DNA of 64,000 nucleotides from an uncultured Candidatus Saccharibacteria bacterium (GTDB lineage Bacteria > Patescibacteriota > Minisyncoccia > Phycocordibacterales > UBA918). Position 1 is the first letter of the stretch. Every line of letters begins with the position of its first letter. The stretch is from positions 307,558 to 371,557 of the forward strand of contig CAYOAM010000001.1 in assembly GCA_964402035.1 (NCBI GenBank). Direction: 5' to 3'. The notes under the pieces are model-generated. The model was not told where the DNA came from and did not search any database. It worked only from the letters and a program-made list of their open reading frames with translations. Shown in pieces: positions 1 to 9,363 of this stretch. Both the position numbers and the translations under genes were made by a program.

Positions 1-2
1 TA

Positions 3-701
3 TTTAAAGCCTATCACGATGCTCCGCTGTACCAAACACTCGCTCGCATAGCGGCTATTTGGATTGCACTCAATGTCGGATACTACAAACTTCTACCGTT
101 TGTGGGCGTGAGCTTGAGTTATAACACATCACCAATCGCCATCTCGCTGTACTATCTCTTTTGGTTTACTCTTACCGTCTATTTATTTTTTAATCTCTTT
201 GAACACTGGATTATTGTCGACAAACGCATCTGGCACTATGGCGTCGAAAGCATGTTCTTTGGCTTGTGCGTGTGGGCGCTGCTCTATCTTCTGGGAACAT
301 TTCCAACAGTCATCCATGCTGTACTCCCCGCTTATACTGACATACTTTTTTCAACTCCCATGTATTTTCTGCCTAAAGCATTTGAAATTTTGGTACAGCA
401 GACATTAATCACCATCCTTGTCTTGGCGCTCTGGTCTCGATTTCGTTCACTTAAAACGGTTATACTCTGGTATGCAATCACATTTGGCGGAGCCCACGTG
501 CTGCTCTACACACACAATGGTGCAGATGCGCCGTACGCCGCGATCATGGCAGGCAGCGCCATACTTTCTGCTGCTCTATTTCCATATTTTATACTTCGTC
601 TAAAAAGTGGTTTTGTGTACAGCTACATGGTGCAGTTTTTATTTTATATAACCCTTGCACTAATCTTCCACACATGGCCCCCTCCACCTTTTCACTTTTA
701 G
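3..701 (+). CDS. Multi-pass membrane protein, 5' end truncated by the window edge
   Basis: Frame is open from position 3 (FKAYHDAPLYQTLARIAAIW...) into ORF 102..701; several hydrophobic segments. Confidence 0.7.
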   Translation, partial: FKAYHDAPLYQTLARIAAIWIALNVGYYKLLPFVGVSLSYNTSPIAISLYYLFWFTLTVYLFFNLFEHWIIVDKRIWHYGVESMFFGLCVWALLYLLGTFPTVIHAVLPAYTDILFSTPMYFLPKAFEILVQQTLITILVLALWSRFRSLKTVILWYAITFGGAHVLLYTHNGADAPYAAIMAGSAILSAALFPYFILRLKSGFVYSYMVQFLFYITLALIFHTWPPPPFHF

Positions 702-853
702 TCCAATAAGCGTATGCGCCACGACTCCTGATTTTCAGTTTTGCAAGTAATACAGCCGCTCCAATGAATGCCCGGATGCTCGTCGTACATGTTCCCAGCA
801 TGTACGACCAGGGATAGACGGAAAATCTGTTTTTTTATATATATTTGAACCGA

Positions 854-1945
854 CTACAGGGGATTTTTTGAGACTTTTACATCATCGACGTACATTCTGG
901 TTTCTTGCTGTGTTGCTGATATTCCTACTTCTAGTTTGTTATAGATAGCATTTTGAAGTGGAAGCGTCTGCCCCCGTCCCACGACCACCTTTTTCCCATC
1001 TATCCATAGCTCAACGAGGCCATCTGTCTGATCGAGAGTGAAGTGTGTTTTTACATTGACCCACTTGCCAATAGGAAGGGCAATCATATTCTCCTCACTT
1101 TGCCTCCAGCTGGGCTTACTAAACGCTTTGAGCTCGACAAATGGGTGTCCTTGGTCATCGACAGCGATACGGATTCCCGAGGATTTGTAGAGGTACGTTG
1201 ATTCGAGATCCATGATCGTGAACGGCAAGCCTTCTTCTATGTAGTACCATGCAGAAAACCATACATCATCTCCCGCCTCAAAGTGTATGGCCTCGGTATG
1301 CATAGAGGCTTTTGCAGTCACCATATTCCAAGAAGGAGCTACTGAATAGAGCATCAGTGACTGTTTGCCAGTATGAGCTTGCGTCTGTGATGGTTCAACG
1401 CGATTGTCGATAAACGACGCTTCCCCTATCTCAATTTTATTGCGAAGTCGTACTGAGTCCACGACCTCGGGTGTTGCCGCAGACTGGAGCGTGATCACAT
1501 TCCACGGACTAAAGAGATCAGTCATCGCGATCGTACTTCCAAGTCTCGCAATCGCATCGGCGAGATCTTTTTCTCCCGTGATCATGTCTTGAATCGATCT
1601 GTACTTTTCAAACCCTTCAGAAAATTCCGTACCTACTTTTATTCGAATAGCTTTCTCTTTATCAATGCGATAGATTGCGTCGTTGGTAAACTCATAGTTA
1701 TCAGTTTTGTAGTTTGGATCGTAATAGTGTTCACGAAATTCAAAACTACCATCATCCATAACTTCGTAAATGTCACCGCGCACAACCACAAATGAAACAC
1801 CTTGTACTTCACCACGCACTTCAATATCAGCCTCTGTAAATGTATCAGGAGGGAGTGATTCTGATGACCCATTGTATTCGCTAAACACTAAAATTAGACT
1901 ACCAATCACGATACACACAATTATAAGACCGAGTATTTTTTTCAT
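854..1945 (-). CDS. Membrane-anchored protein with polysaccharide/heparin lyase-like (concanavalin-like beta-sandwich) domain
   Basis: N-terminal TM helix; C-terminal DVWFSAWYYI...GKWVNV...GLVELWIDGKKV...YVDDVKVS pattern. Confidence 0.6.
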   Translation of the reverse strand: MKKILGLIIVCIVIGSLILVFSEYNGSSESLPPDTFTEADIEVRGEVQGVSFVVVRGDIYEVMDDGSFEFREHYYDPNYKTDNYEFTNDAIYRIDKEKAIRIKVGTEFSEGFEKYRSIQDMITGEKDLADAIARLGSTIAMTDLFSPWNVITLQSAATPEVVDSVRLRNKIEIGEASFIDNRVEPSQTQAHTGKQSLMLYSVAPSWNMVTAKASMHTEAIHFEAGDDVWFSAWYYIEEGLPFTIMDLESTYLYKSSGIRIAVDDQGHPFVELKAFSKPSWRQSEENMIALPIGKWVNVKTHFTLDQTDGLVELWIDGKKVVVGRGQTLPLQNAIYNKLEVGISATQQETRMYVDDVKVSKNPL

Positions 1946-1993
1946 ACTATTCTTTATGCATTACACAAGTACATGTTCATCTGCAGGTATGCT

Positions 1994-2758
1994 CTATATT
2001 ACTCCGTCAGGACTATACCCCGCAAAGCCAAGTAGGTACACCCACAAAAGCCACGAAGCTATGGGAATGACCGATACTGCAATCCAAAAATACACCATAT
2101 GCAGACGCGTTGCGGGCACGACACCATGTAAAGTGTCCCCAAAGACAAACTTTGGCCACAGGATATAAAGACCGTAGGTCAGGAATATAAACGGAACAAA
2201 CGCAAATAGATTTACAAAATCACCCGCCATGAACAACAATGGCCCTTTAAATTGTTGCTCGACCAAGATGCCCCAGAGACCACCCACTATGAGCGTTTGC
2301 CATGCACTAAACTGGTATCTCCTATGGAAGAAAATAATGACCACAGTCAAGCCTGCATAAAAACCTGTGTACGAAATAAGGTGCAAGAGTATACCTGACC
2401 ATGCAGTATAGGGAGCAATAGCGTCGAGCCGATAGCCTATGGTGAGCAATGTTTCTTCGAGCGCTAGAAGCAGAAATACAGGCACCGCAACATATATCGG
2501 ACTCTGTACAAAAAAAGAACAGACACGACGAATAGTACGTTGGAATAGAACATAGAGTAGCGGTAATGCAACAAAAAATAGGTACATGCCATCCCCAGTG
2601 CCACCAAACATCGGCACCAATGCAGCTACGCCATAGGCAATTGTAAGCGCTTGAAGTACTCTTCGCTTTTTCGCATCTTCTAGAAAACCGTTACCTTCTC
2701 TGAACACCCAAAAGAGTACTGGTATCGTGAGATAGAAGAAAAAAATATAGGCCCACAT
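1994..2758 (-). CDS. Hypothetical multi-pass membrane protein
   Basis: 254-aa ORF with about 7 hydrophobic segments. Confidence 0.7.
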   Translation of the reverse strand: MWAYIFFFYLTIPVLFWVFREGNGFLEDAKKRRVLQALTIAYGVAALVPMFGGTGDGMYLFFVALPLLYVLFQRTIRRVCSFFVQSPIYVAVPVFLLLALEETLLTIGYRLDAIAPYTAWSGILLHLISYTGFYAGLTVVIIFFHRRYQFSAWQTLIVGGLWGILVEQQFKGPLLFMAGDFVNLFAFVPFIFLTYGLYILWPKFVFGDTLHGVVPATRLHMVYFWIAVSVIPIASWLLWVYLLGFAGYSPDGVI

Positions 2759-2814
2759 AAGATCCCAAGGATTCCTTATCGTATATTGTACTACATAATA
2801 GTAAGCGAACAGTA

Positions 2815-2850
2815 CAACACAAAAACTCCCCGAAGGGAGTTTTTGTGTTG
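2815..2850. terminator. Intrinsic terminator hairpin downstream of the ECF sigma operon
   Basis: caacacaaaaactccc-cgaa-gggagtttttgtgttg perfect stem with T tracts. Confidence 0.7.
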
Positions 2851-2864
2851 CTTCTTACCCTATC

Positions 2865-3890
2865 TTACGCGTTCCATACTCGTTGTGCAAATTTCCACGA
2901 GAATTTTGCGACGACAAGGAGGATCACGGCATACAGGAGATACTGGAGAATCTGGAGCAAGAGTGATACAAGTCCGATTGAGATCTGCTGCAAGACACGG
3001 TTCATGTCAATCAGTGACTGCTGGACTGATGCCTTCCAAGAATCCTTGATCTGATCCCCATTCACAAATGCATTTTCATACACGCTAATATTGAAGGTAG
3101 TGTATAAAAGACGATCAAGTTCCTGCGCTTTTGCGCGATTGATCCCTTCGATCTGAGCGTTCACATTCATACGTTCTACCGTCAATCGTTCGATGATGTT
3201 GATTTTGCTATCAATGATCTTTGCAAGACTCTCGACATCTTTGGTCTGAGTTGCAAGCACCGTGATGTTGTCATACGCGGCTATTGCCTGGTTGAGTGTT
3301 GCATCGATAGACTGCAATTTTTTTTCAAGAATATCGGTCTCGCTCGTATAATCTTCAACAAGACGCTTTATCGTGTAGCTGTTTTCACTGAGATTTTTTG
3401 GATCGAGATTCTTGATAAAAGTTAAGATTTCTGGCACACTTCCCTGCTTCACTTTAAATGTGTAGTTGCACCCGCGATCGTATTCATTTGAACTCTCAAA
3501 GATAACATCCTCACGACTCTTGAGGGAAAGTATAGTCGAACATTCTTTGTCTGCATCGCGAGTCTCGAATGTTGCACTATAGTCTTTGACTTCAAAAGAT
3601 TCTGCATCGTTGCCCGATGTATATCCTGGCTGCGGTGGCATAATCGGCATGCTCGCAACATTACGTGTCGACAATTTTGAGCCACCGTTATACGTCATAT
3701 CCATTTCAGCGCCGCCATAGCTGGGCGCATTGGATACCCCGTAACCAGTATTTGAAGTAGAAATACTATTCCGTGCGGTGTTGAGGAGGCTCAGTACAAA
3801 CGACAATATTAATACACCCACAAAACCAATGAGTGCGTACTTGAGTATAGTTCGTGGGCCTACAGTCTTGAGTTGTTCAAAAATATCCAT
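2865..3890 (-). CDS. DUF4349-like membrane protein
   Basis: N-terminal TM, ferredoxin-like segment, coiled coil (ERLTVERMNVNAQIEGIN) and C-terminal TM; lies downstream of ECF sigma/anti-sigma. Confidence 0.6.
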   Translation of the reverse strand: MDIFEQLKTVGPRTILKYALIGFVGVLILSFVLSLLNTARNSISTSNTGYGVSNAPSYGGAEMDMTYNGGSKLSTRNVASMPIMPPQPGYTSGNDAESFEVKDYSATFETRDADKECSTILSLKSREDVIFESSNEYDRGCNYTFKVKQGSVPEILTFIKNLDPKNLSENSYTIKRLVEDYTSETDILEKKLQSIDATLNQAIAAYDNITVLATQTKDVESLAKIIDSKINIIERLTVERMNVNAQIEGINRAKAQELDRLLYTTFNISVYENAFVNGDQIKDSWKASVQQSLIDMNRVLQQISIGLVSLLLQILQYLLYAVILLVVAKFSWKFAQRVWNA

Positions 3891-3958
3891 ATCGATTTTT
3901 AATGAATAAAAGGTATTCTCTATCTATAGTACTACGAACAGACGTTTGAAAAGTAACA

Positions 3959-4741
3959 CTACTGCACGAGATATTCAGCCTCTACCGTAAATGCTACCGT
4001 ATATGTAAGTCCTGTTTCGGGTACCGCTATGAGACCATCTTTTTTCGTTTCAAAGAAACCATCACCATCATCCACAAACATGCGTGCAGACAGAGTCTCA
4101 CCCTCAACAAGGGTGCGAGACAGCGGTACAGTCACCTGCCGCATCTCTTTGGCAGAGAGAAGGCTGCTCGTACCCACAATAGCCTCACTACTGTCATATA
4201 CGACCACATATCCATCAGTGGTGAGTGTTGCGAAGAGTTGCACATACGGCATTGCATTATGGACAGGTAGTACCTCAATATAGGGTACCGATGCTGCCCC
4301 TTGCTTGCCCATGGTACGAGTACTATCGTCTGCGGGAGCCATCATTGAAAATGAAGAGGTGTCTTCTATCGGACTGTTATAGAGCATGTCTTCAGTTGTC
4401 GGTATCGCGGACTCCGTGCGTGGCAAATCTTCAAGTGACGTGGGTACAGGTGATCGCGGAGTTTCAATAAGCATCAGAAGCAAAACGGCAACAGCCCCAA
4501 CCGGTGCAACGCGCACTAGCCACCAACGCACATTTTCTGCATACGGAGATGGTGTGGCGGGTTTTATATTTGAAGAAAGTACGCGCATACGGAGATTTTG
4601 GATAAAATCAAAATCAATAGGCACTTTGGGATGTGCATCGATGAGCACAGAAACGACTGCACGCACTTCTGCGTCACGCTCCTTAAGCGTCGCATCAAGC
4701 GCATATATGTCGCGAAGTATCTTGTCGAGATCTTTGTCCAT
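3959..4741 (-). CDS. Putative single-pass anti-sigma factor
   Basis: Directly downstream of the ECF sigma; short N-domain (DFIQNLRMRV), one TM, extracytoplasmic beta domain. Confidence 0.55.
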   Translation of the reverse strand: MDKDLDKILRDIYALDATLKERDAEVRAVVSVLIDAHPKVPIDFDFIQNLRMRVLSSNIKPATPSPYAENVRWWLVRVAPVGAVAVLLLMLIETPRSPVPTSLEDLPRTESAIPTTEDMLYNSPIEDTSSFSMMAPADDSTRTMGKQGAASVPYIEVLPVHNAMPYVQLFATLTTDGYVVVYDSSEAIVGTSSLLSAKEMRQVTVPLSRTLVEGETLSARMFVDDGDGFFETKKDGLIAVPETGLTYTVAFTVEAEYLVQ

Positions 4742-4777
4742 AATAATATCTAGTACGCTGAATGATTAATAACGTAA

Positions 4778-5344
4778 CTACTGCAAAAATCGTGCACACA
4801 ACACGAGAATAGCGGCTTTTGCCCCAAAGGTGTCACGAACCGTCCGAATAGCGCGTGAAAATGCCATTTTGACACTATCTTCCGAACCCCCCACCACTGC
4901 AGCAATTTCTTTATAGGAGAGCTCATCCCACACCCGAAGCATAACAATTTCACGCTGCGTTGGCTTCAGTGTGTGCAGATACTTTTCAATTTTTTGTACG
5001 GTATCGCGAGCATCTATCTTCTCTTCTGTCCGCTCATCTTGACCGAGGTCAAAAATATCTTCAATATCCACCACCGTCTTTTTGGTGCGGTAGTAATCAA
5101 CAACCGCATTGCGCGCTATGGCATAGAGCCATGATGAAAATGAGCCTTTATCAGATTTAAAACTGCCAATCTTCTCAAATGCCTTGAGAAACGTGGCGGA
5201 CACTATGTCCTCGGTTGCGTCCTTGTTGAAGGTCTTGTAGTAGACAAATCGATAAATTTTTTCTACATATCTATCATAAAGCGCACCAAATGCTTGTGTG
5301 TCACCCTTTTGGCATTTCTCAACAAACACGCGATCATCTTCCAT
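4778..5344 (-). CDS. ECF RNA polymerase sigma factor (sigma-70 family)
   Basis: GDTQAFGALYDRY...FSSWLYAIARN (region 2) and LSYKEIAAVVG...VKMAFSRA (region 4). Confidence 0.93.
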   Translation of the reverse strand: MEDDRVFVEKCQKGDTQAFGALYDRYVEKIYRFVYYKTFNKDATEDIVSATFLKAFEKIGSFKSDKGSFSSWLYAIARNAVVDYYRTKKTVVDIEDIFDLGQDERTEEKIDARDTVQKIEKYLHTLKPTQREIVMLRVWDELSYKEIAAVVGGSEDSVKMAFSRAIRTVRDTFGAKAAILVLCARFLQ

Positions 5345-5393
5345 ATTATGAATAGTATATCAAAAAAGAGATGGCCAAACGACCATCTCAAAA

Positions 5394-5759
5394 TTATGTG
5401 GTACAGGCTGCTCGACTAAAAAGTCTATCAGCAAGCGCGGGACCAAAAGAGCATGCGGCCCTCATTGTAACCGCGTTATAGCGAAGTGTGAGTGCAAAAC
5501 TCATATCTGGTGCATGCGACATAGACACAGGCATCAGCTGGACGTAGCAATAGCCATGAGCTGCTTCCACAAGAATTCGCACGTACCCAATAAAAAGGTG
5601 GGGCAATCGACCTTCCCACAAAACCAGAAAGATTGGGGTCGGATTATTTCGAGCGGAATTATACGACTCTTGTAGCTCTCGCAGCGTGGGACACGCTGCG
5701 AGAGACTGAAAGCTTGGGGGCCCTCTTCTTCTCACAACAAACCTCCTGCTCAAAAACAT
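5394..5759 (-). CDS. Hypothetical protein
   Basis: 121-aa ORF with GAGG upstream of the ATG and a downstream hairpin at ~5366-5390. Confidence 0.45.
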   Translation of the reverse strand: MFLSRRFVVRRRGPPSFQSLAACPTLRELQESYNSARNNPTPIFLVLWEGRLPHLFIGYVRILVEAAHGYCYVQLMPVSMSHAPDMSFALTLRYNAVTMRAACSFGPALADRLFSRAACTT

Positions 5760-5809
5760 GAACCTCTGAGACTAGTGTACGATATCAGCTGTCATTTCCG
5801 CAAACAGTG

Positions 5810-6406
5810 TTATACCGTATTGCGTGCATTTTTCAGTAACTGTGCCCACCAAATGAGTTCTTCAATAAGCCGATCAGCACTACCTTCGTTTGGTGCAAAT
5901 GCTTTTTCCTTTAGACTGCCATTTGCTTCAAGCAGATCCCACGGTGAAACTATATGCACGGCACTTTTAAGTGGTACAAGTCCAACATCAATCACGACTT
6001 GTCGCAATTGCTCAACGGCGCGCACAGCTCCGTATGTTCCGTATCCGACAAATGCCGAAGGCTTTTTATTCCACTCTTTTTTTAAGTGATCAATATTGTT
6101 TTTGAGTGATGCGGGGTAGCCGTGATTGTACTCGGGAGTTACAAATACAAAACCATCAGTATTAGCGATCTTCTCTGCCCAACGGTCTATGTCTGGTTTT
6201 CCATAGGCTCCCAATACTTTACTGGGAGATACAGCCTCTGCAAACATCAGCAACGGATAGTCTTTGAGATCCAGGAGTTCAACTTCGACATCTTCCTTAT
6301 TTGAAAGAAGATCAGCGATCCAGTGTGCGGGTTTATCACCAAATCGTCCCTCACGGATACTTCCGATCACTACTCCTATACGTATTTTTTCTTGCATAGT
6401 CGGCAT
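5810..6406 (-). CDS. NADPH-dependent FMN reductase
   Basis: GSIREGR, VTPEYNHGYPASLKNNID and GYGTYGAVRAVEQLR motifs. Confidence 0.92.
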   Translation of the reverse strand: MPTMQEKIRIGVVIGSIREGRFGDKPAHWIADLLSNKEDVEVELLDLKDYPLLMFAEAVSPSKVLGAYGKPDIDRWAEKIANTDGFVFVTPEYNHGYPASLKNNIDHLKKEWNKKPSAFVGYGTYGAVRAVEQLRQVVIDVGLVPLKSAVHIVSPWDLLEANGSLKEKAFAPNEGSADRLIEELIWWAQLLKNARNTV

Positions 6407-6427
6407 TATAACTTTATTTGATCACAG

Positions 6428-6467
6428 AATACAGAAGCGCCAGCCTTAAGGCTGGCGCTTCTGTATT
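6428..6467. repeat. Perfect 40-bp palindrome (terminator-like)
   Basis: aatacagaagcgccagcctt/aaggctggcgcttctgtatt. Confidence 0.7.
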
Positions 6468-6487
6468 TGCTACAGTTCAGATTCTGC

Positions 6488-6510
6488 ACTTGGGAGTTGA
6501 ACTCCCAAGT
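6488..6510. repeat. 23-bp palindrome with 1-nt centre (REP-like)
   Basis: acttgggagtt-g-aactcccaagt. Confidence 0.55.
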
Positions 6511-6647
6511 CATCCCAACAAAGTACACATCTTCATAAACCTTCAAGTTCAAGGCGGCAAGTCAAAATACTACGAGACATATGGGGTTATATGGTGAGTA
6601 GTATTTTGATGCAGCCAACGCAGAAATTGAAGGTTTTGAAATGTGGA

Positions 6648-7949
6648 CTAAAATTCGTCGCGTGCTTCGTCGATCAAGTCAAGTGCTTCATCAATCAAAT
6701 CCTCTGCCTCACTTTCATCACCATCACTGATTGCATCGTCAGCATCGTCAAGGAGGTCTTGCGCTTCATCGAGCAAATCTTCAGCATTACCGACATCTTC
6801 CCCATCATCAAGTGCATCTTCCACATCATTTTCTACATCATTGAGTTCATCTTGTGCGTCTTCAAGCTGATTCTCAATATCGTCATTGTCACTACTATCA
6901 TCATCGTCATCACTATTATTCTCATTTCCTATCGCATCAAGCGCTTCATCAACGGTATCTTCTGCTTCTTCTGCAAGATCGATCGCCTCATCATAATCCT
7001 CGTCGTCAAATGCACTTTCAGCATCATCGAGTAAATCACGTGCATCATCGAGAAGGTCATTTGCCTCATCTACGTCATCACCATCATCCTCTGCTTCATC
7101 GATATCGTCCTGCGCATCATCAATCTGACCATCGACATCATCAATAAGATCATCTGCCTCACTCTCTTCAGTGTCTCCCCCTGCATCCTCAATGGCATTT
7201 TCAGCGTTCTTTTGTGCATCCTCTGCTGCATCAAGTGCATCCTCAAAATCATCACTGAAAAATGCTTTGACCGCATCGAGGAAATCATCTTTTGCATCTT
7301 CTAAGTTCTCGCGTGCAGATGCGATATCAGCTGCGTCCGTATTATCATCGACTGCATCTTCAGCGTCGTCGATAGCATCGAGTGCATCCTCGATTGCAGC
7401 GCGCGCATCTGACTCGTCAGAATCAATAGCGTCCTCGTCTTCCGTATCATGCTTTGTTACGGATGTCGCAAGAGGAATATTTTGTGTTTTGAGGGTTGTG
7501 TTTAGTTGTGCTTGTAACTGTGCGAGTTGCAACTCGAGATTTTTTTGAGCCGATGTTGCTGCTCCCTGTACTTCACCCACCCCTCCACCTGCGACAAGTT
7601 CTTCATACTTGGCACGCGATTGAGATCCAAAATAGCCTATCGCAGGAGAGAGCTTATTGGCCTGCTGCCACTTAATGACGGCAAGCTCGGTCAGTGTCTT
7701 AAACTCACCGGTCTCATGCCCTGCAGATCCAACACCACTTTCAGCAATAGTGTAGCCTGCACCATTGAGATATTGCTGCAAGCAGCGCACATCCTCTCCT
7801 TCAACACCAAATTCTAGATTTCGATTAAATGTGCAAGTGTCGGCGCGTACAGTAACCGGCGCGAGCACGATGAATAATGTACTCACAATAGCGAGCAGCA
7901 CACCAAGCGTGTGCCGCTCCGTTATACTTTTTACTGAAATATTTATCAT
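6648..7949 (-). CDS. Secreted peptidoglycan-binding protein with a very acidic helical-repeat C-terminus
   Basis: Signal peptide; PG-binding motif FNRNLEFGVEGEDVRCLQQYLN...GYFGSQSRA; D/E/A-rich repeats; start set at the ATG behind a TATACT box. Confidence 0.8.
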   Translation of the reverse strand: MINISVKSITERHTLGVLLAIVSTLFIVLAPVTVRADTCTFNRNLEFGVEGEDVRCLQQYLNGAGYTIAESGVGSAGHETGEFKTLTELAVIKWQQANKLSPAIGYFGSQSRAKYEELVAGGGVGEVQGAATSAQKNLELQLAQLQAQLNTTLKTQNIPLATSVTKHDTEDEDAIDSDESDARAAIEDALDAIDDAEDAVDDNTDAADIASARENLEDAKDDFLDAVKAFFSDDFEDALDAAEDAQKNAENAIEDAGGDTEESEADDLIDDVDGQIDDAQDDIDEAEDDGDDVDEANDLLDDARDLLDDAESAFDDEDYDEAIDLAEEAEDTVDEALDAIGNENNSDDDDDSSDNDDIENQLEDAQDELNDVENDVEDALDDGEDVGNAEDLLDEAQDLLDDADDAISDGDESEAEDLIDEALDLIDEARDEF

Positions 7950-8039
7950 ATACGCACCAGTATACAGCACACAGATATATGTGCACTGTTTATTTCCTGT
8001 TGATCAGTTGCAGCGCAACGGACGCTACCTGAACCTCGT

Positions 8040-9290
8040 TTAGTTTGTCGCAATCAAGGCTACTTTTTTTCCTCGTCGAACGTGCGCTATGCCATTCTTA
8101 AAATCCGCAACTTCAATTGCTTTATGTATATCAACAACAGTTATCTCATTGACGGCAACACCCTTCTGTTCAATAAGTCGTCGGGCTTCGCCCTTCGATG
8201 TTGCTAGTCCTGTCTGCGTGAGGATATCAATCATTGTTGTGCCAATTGCGACTTTTGTTAGTGGTACTTCTTTACGTATAAACGCCACATCCTGTTTGCT
8301 CATTGTCGCAAAGTCTCCTGCTCCATAGAGTATCTCAGATACCCGTGAAGCACTCTCTGCAGATGTCACTCCGTGAATCATCGTCGTAATCTCATGTGCC
8401 AGTGCTTTTTGTCCAATACGCATGTGCGGTGCAGCTTCATGTGCCGCAAGTATTTCAGCAATGTTCTGTAGCGACAGAAAGGTAAAGATCTTCAAATACT
8501 CTGGCAGACCTTCATCTGATACGTTGAGCCAAAACTGATAGAAAGCAAATGGCGATGTGAGCTTTGGGTCAAGCCATACAGCATTTCCTTCTGACTTTCC
8601 AAATTTCTTGCCAGTTTTTTTATCCGTGATGATGGGTGTCGTGAGTGCGTACGCATTTCCCCCCTCTCTACGTCGTACGAGTTCAACGCCTGAGATAATA
8701 TTCGCCCATTGGTCCGAGCCACCTACCTGCAGATCAACGCCATACTTTTTATACAAATGCCAGAAATCGTACCCCTGCAAAAGCGAATATGAAAATTCTG
8801 TATAGGAAATAGAATCTTCCTCCGTATCGAGACGCTTCTTGATAATATCTCGCTTAATGAGCTGATTGACCGTGAAATGCTTTCCGGTATCACGAAGAAA
8901 TTCGATGAGCGATACCTTCCTAAGCCAGTCATAATTGTCATAGATTTTAAATTTCTTCTTTCCCAAGACCGATGCTAGCTGCGCCGTAATCGCTTTTTTA
9001 TTCTGTGCGACAATTTTCAAATCAAGGAGCTGTCTCTCCCCACTTTCTCGCGGATCCCCAATCATGCCAGTGCCGCCACCGACAAGAAAAACCACTGTAT
9101 GACCTGCATCAGCCAAATGCTTCATCATAAAGATAGGTACCAGATTCCCCACATGGAGTGATGCTGCTGTTGGGTCGATACCGAGATACACGGTGCGTTT
9201 TTGAGCAAGAAACTCTTGCGCTGTACCACCACCTTCATGCACGATAAATCCGCGCTCCTTAAGATCTGCTGTAATATTTTCAATCTTCAT
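8040..9290 (-). CDS. tyrS: Tyrosine--tRNA ligase
   Basis: YLGIDPTAASLHVGN, QVGGSDQWANI, KFGKS motifs and C-terminal S4 domain; start at MKIEN. Confidence 0.97.
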   Translation of the reverse strand: MKIENITADLKERGFIVHEGGGTAQEFLAQKRTVYLGIDPTAASLHVGNLVPIFMMKHLADAGHTVVFLVGGGTGMIGDPRESGERQLLDLKIVAQNKKAITAQLASVLGKKKFKIYDNYDWLRKVSLIEFLRDTGKHFTVNQLIKRDIIKKRLDTEEDSISYTEFSYSLLQGYDFWHLYKKYGVDLQVGGSDQWANIISGVELVRRREGGNAYALTTPIITDKKTGKKFGKSEGNAVWLDPKLTSPFAFYQFWLNVSDEGLPEYLKIFTFLSLQNIAEILAAHEAAPHMRIGQKALAHEITTMIHGVTSAESASRVSEILYGAGDFATMSKQDVAFIRKEVPLTKVAIGTTMIDILTQTGLATSKGEARRLIEQKGVAVNEITVVDIHKAIEVADFKNGIAHVRRGKKVALIATN

Positions 9291-9363
9291 AATGTGAGGA
9301 ATTATAGAGAGATTATTGCATTGTGTCCATGAGGCCATCTACCAGTAGTGGTATTATGCACCT

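Noticed and set aside
6591-7548. Ile-rich, His-rich and Ser-rich ORFs on the + strand
   Set aside because: Antisense shadows of the GAT/GAA-rich acidic repeat gene.
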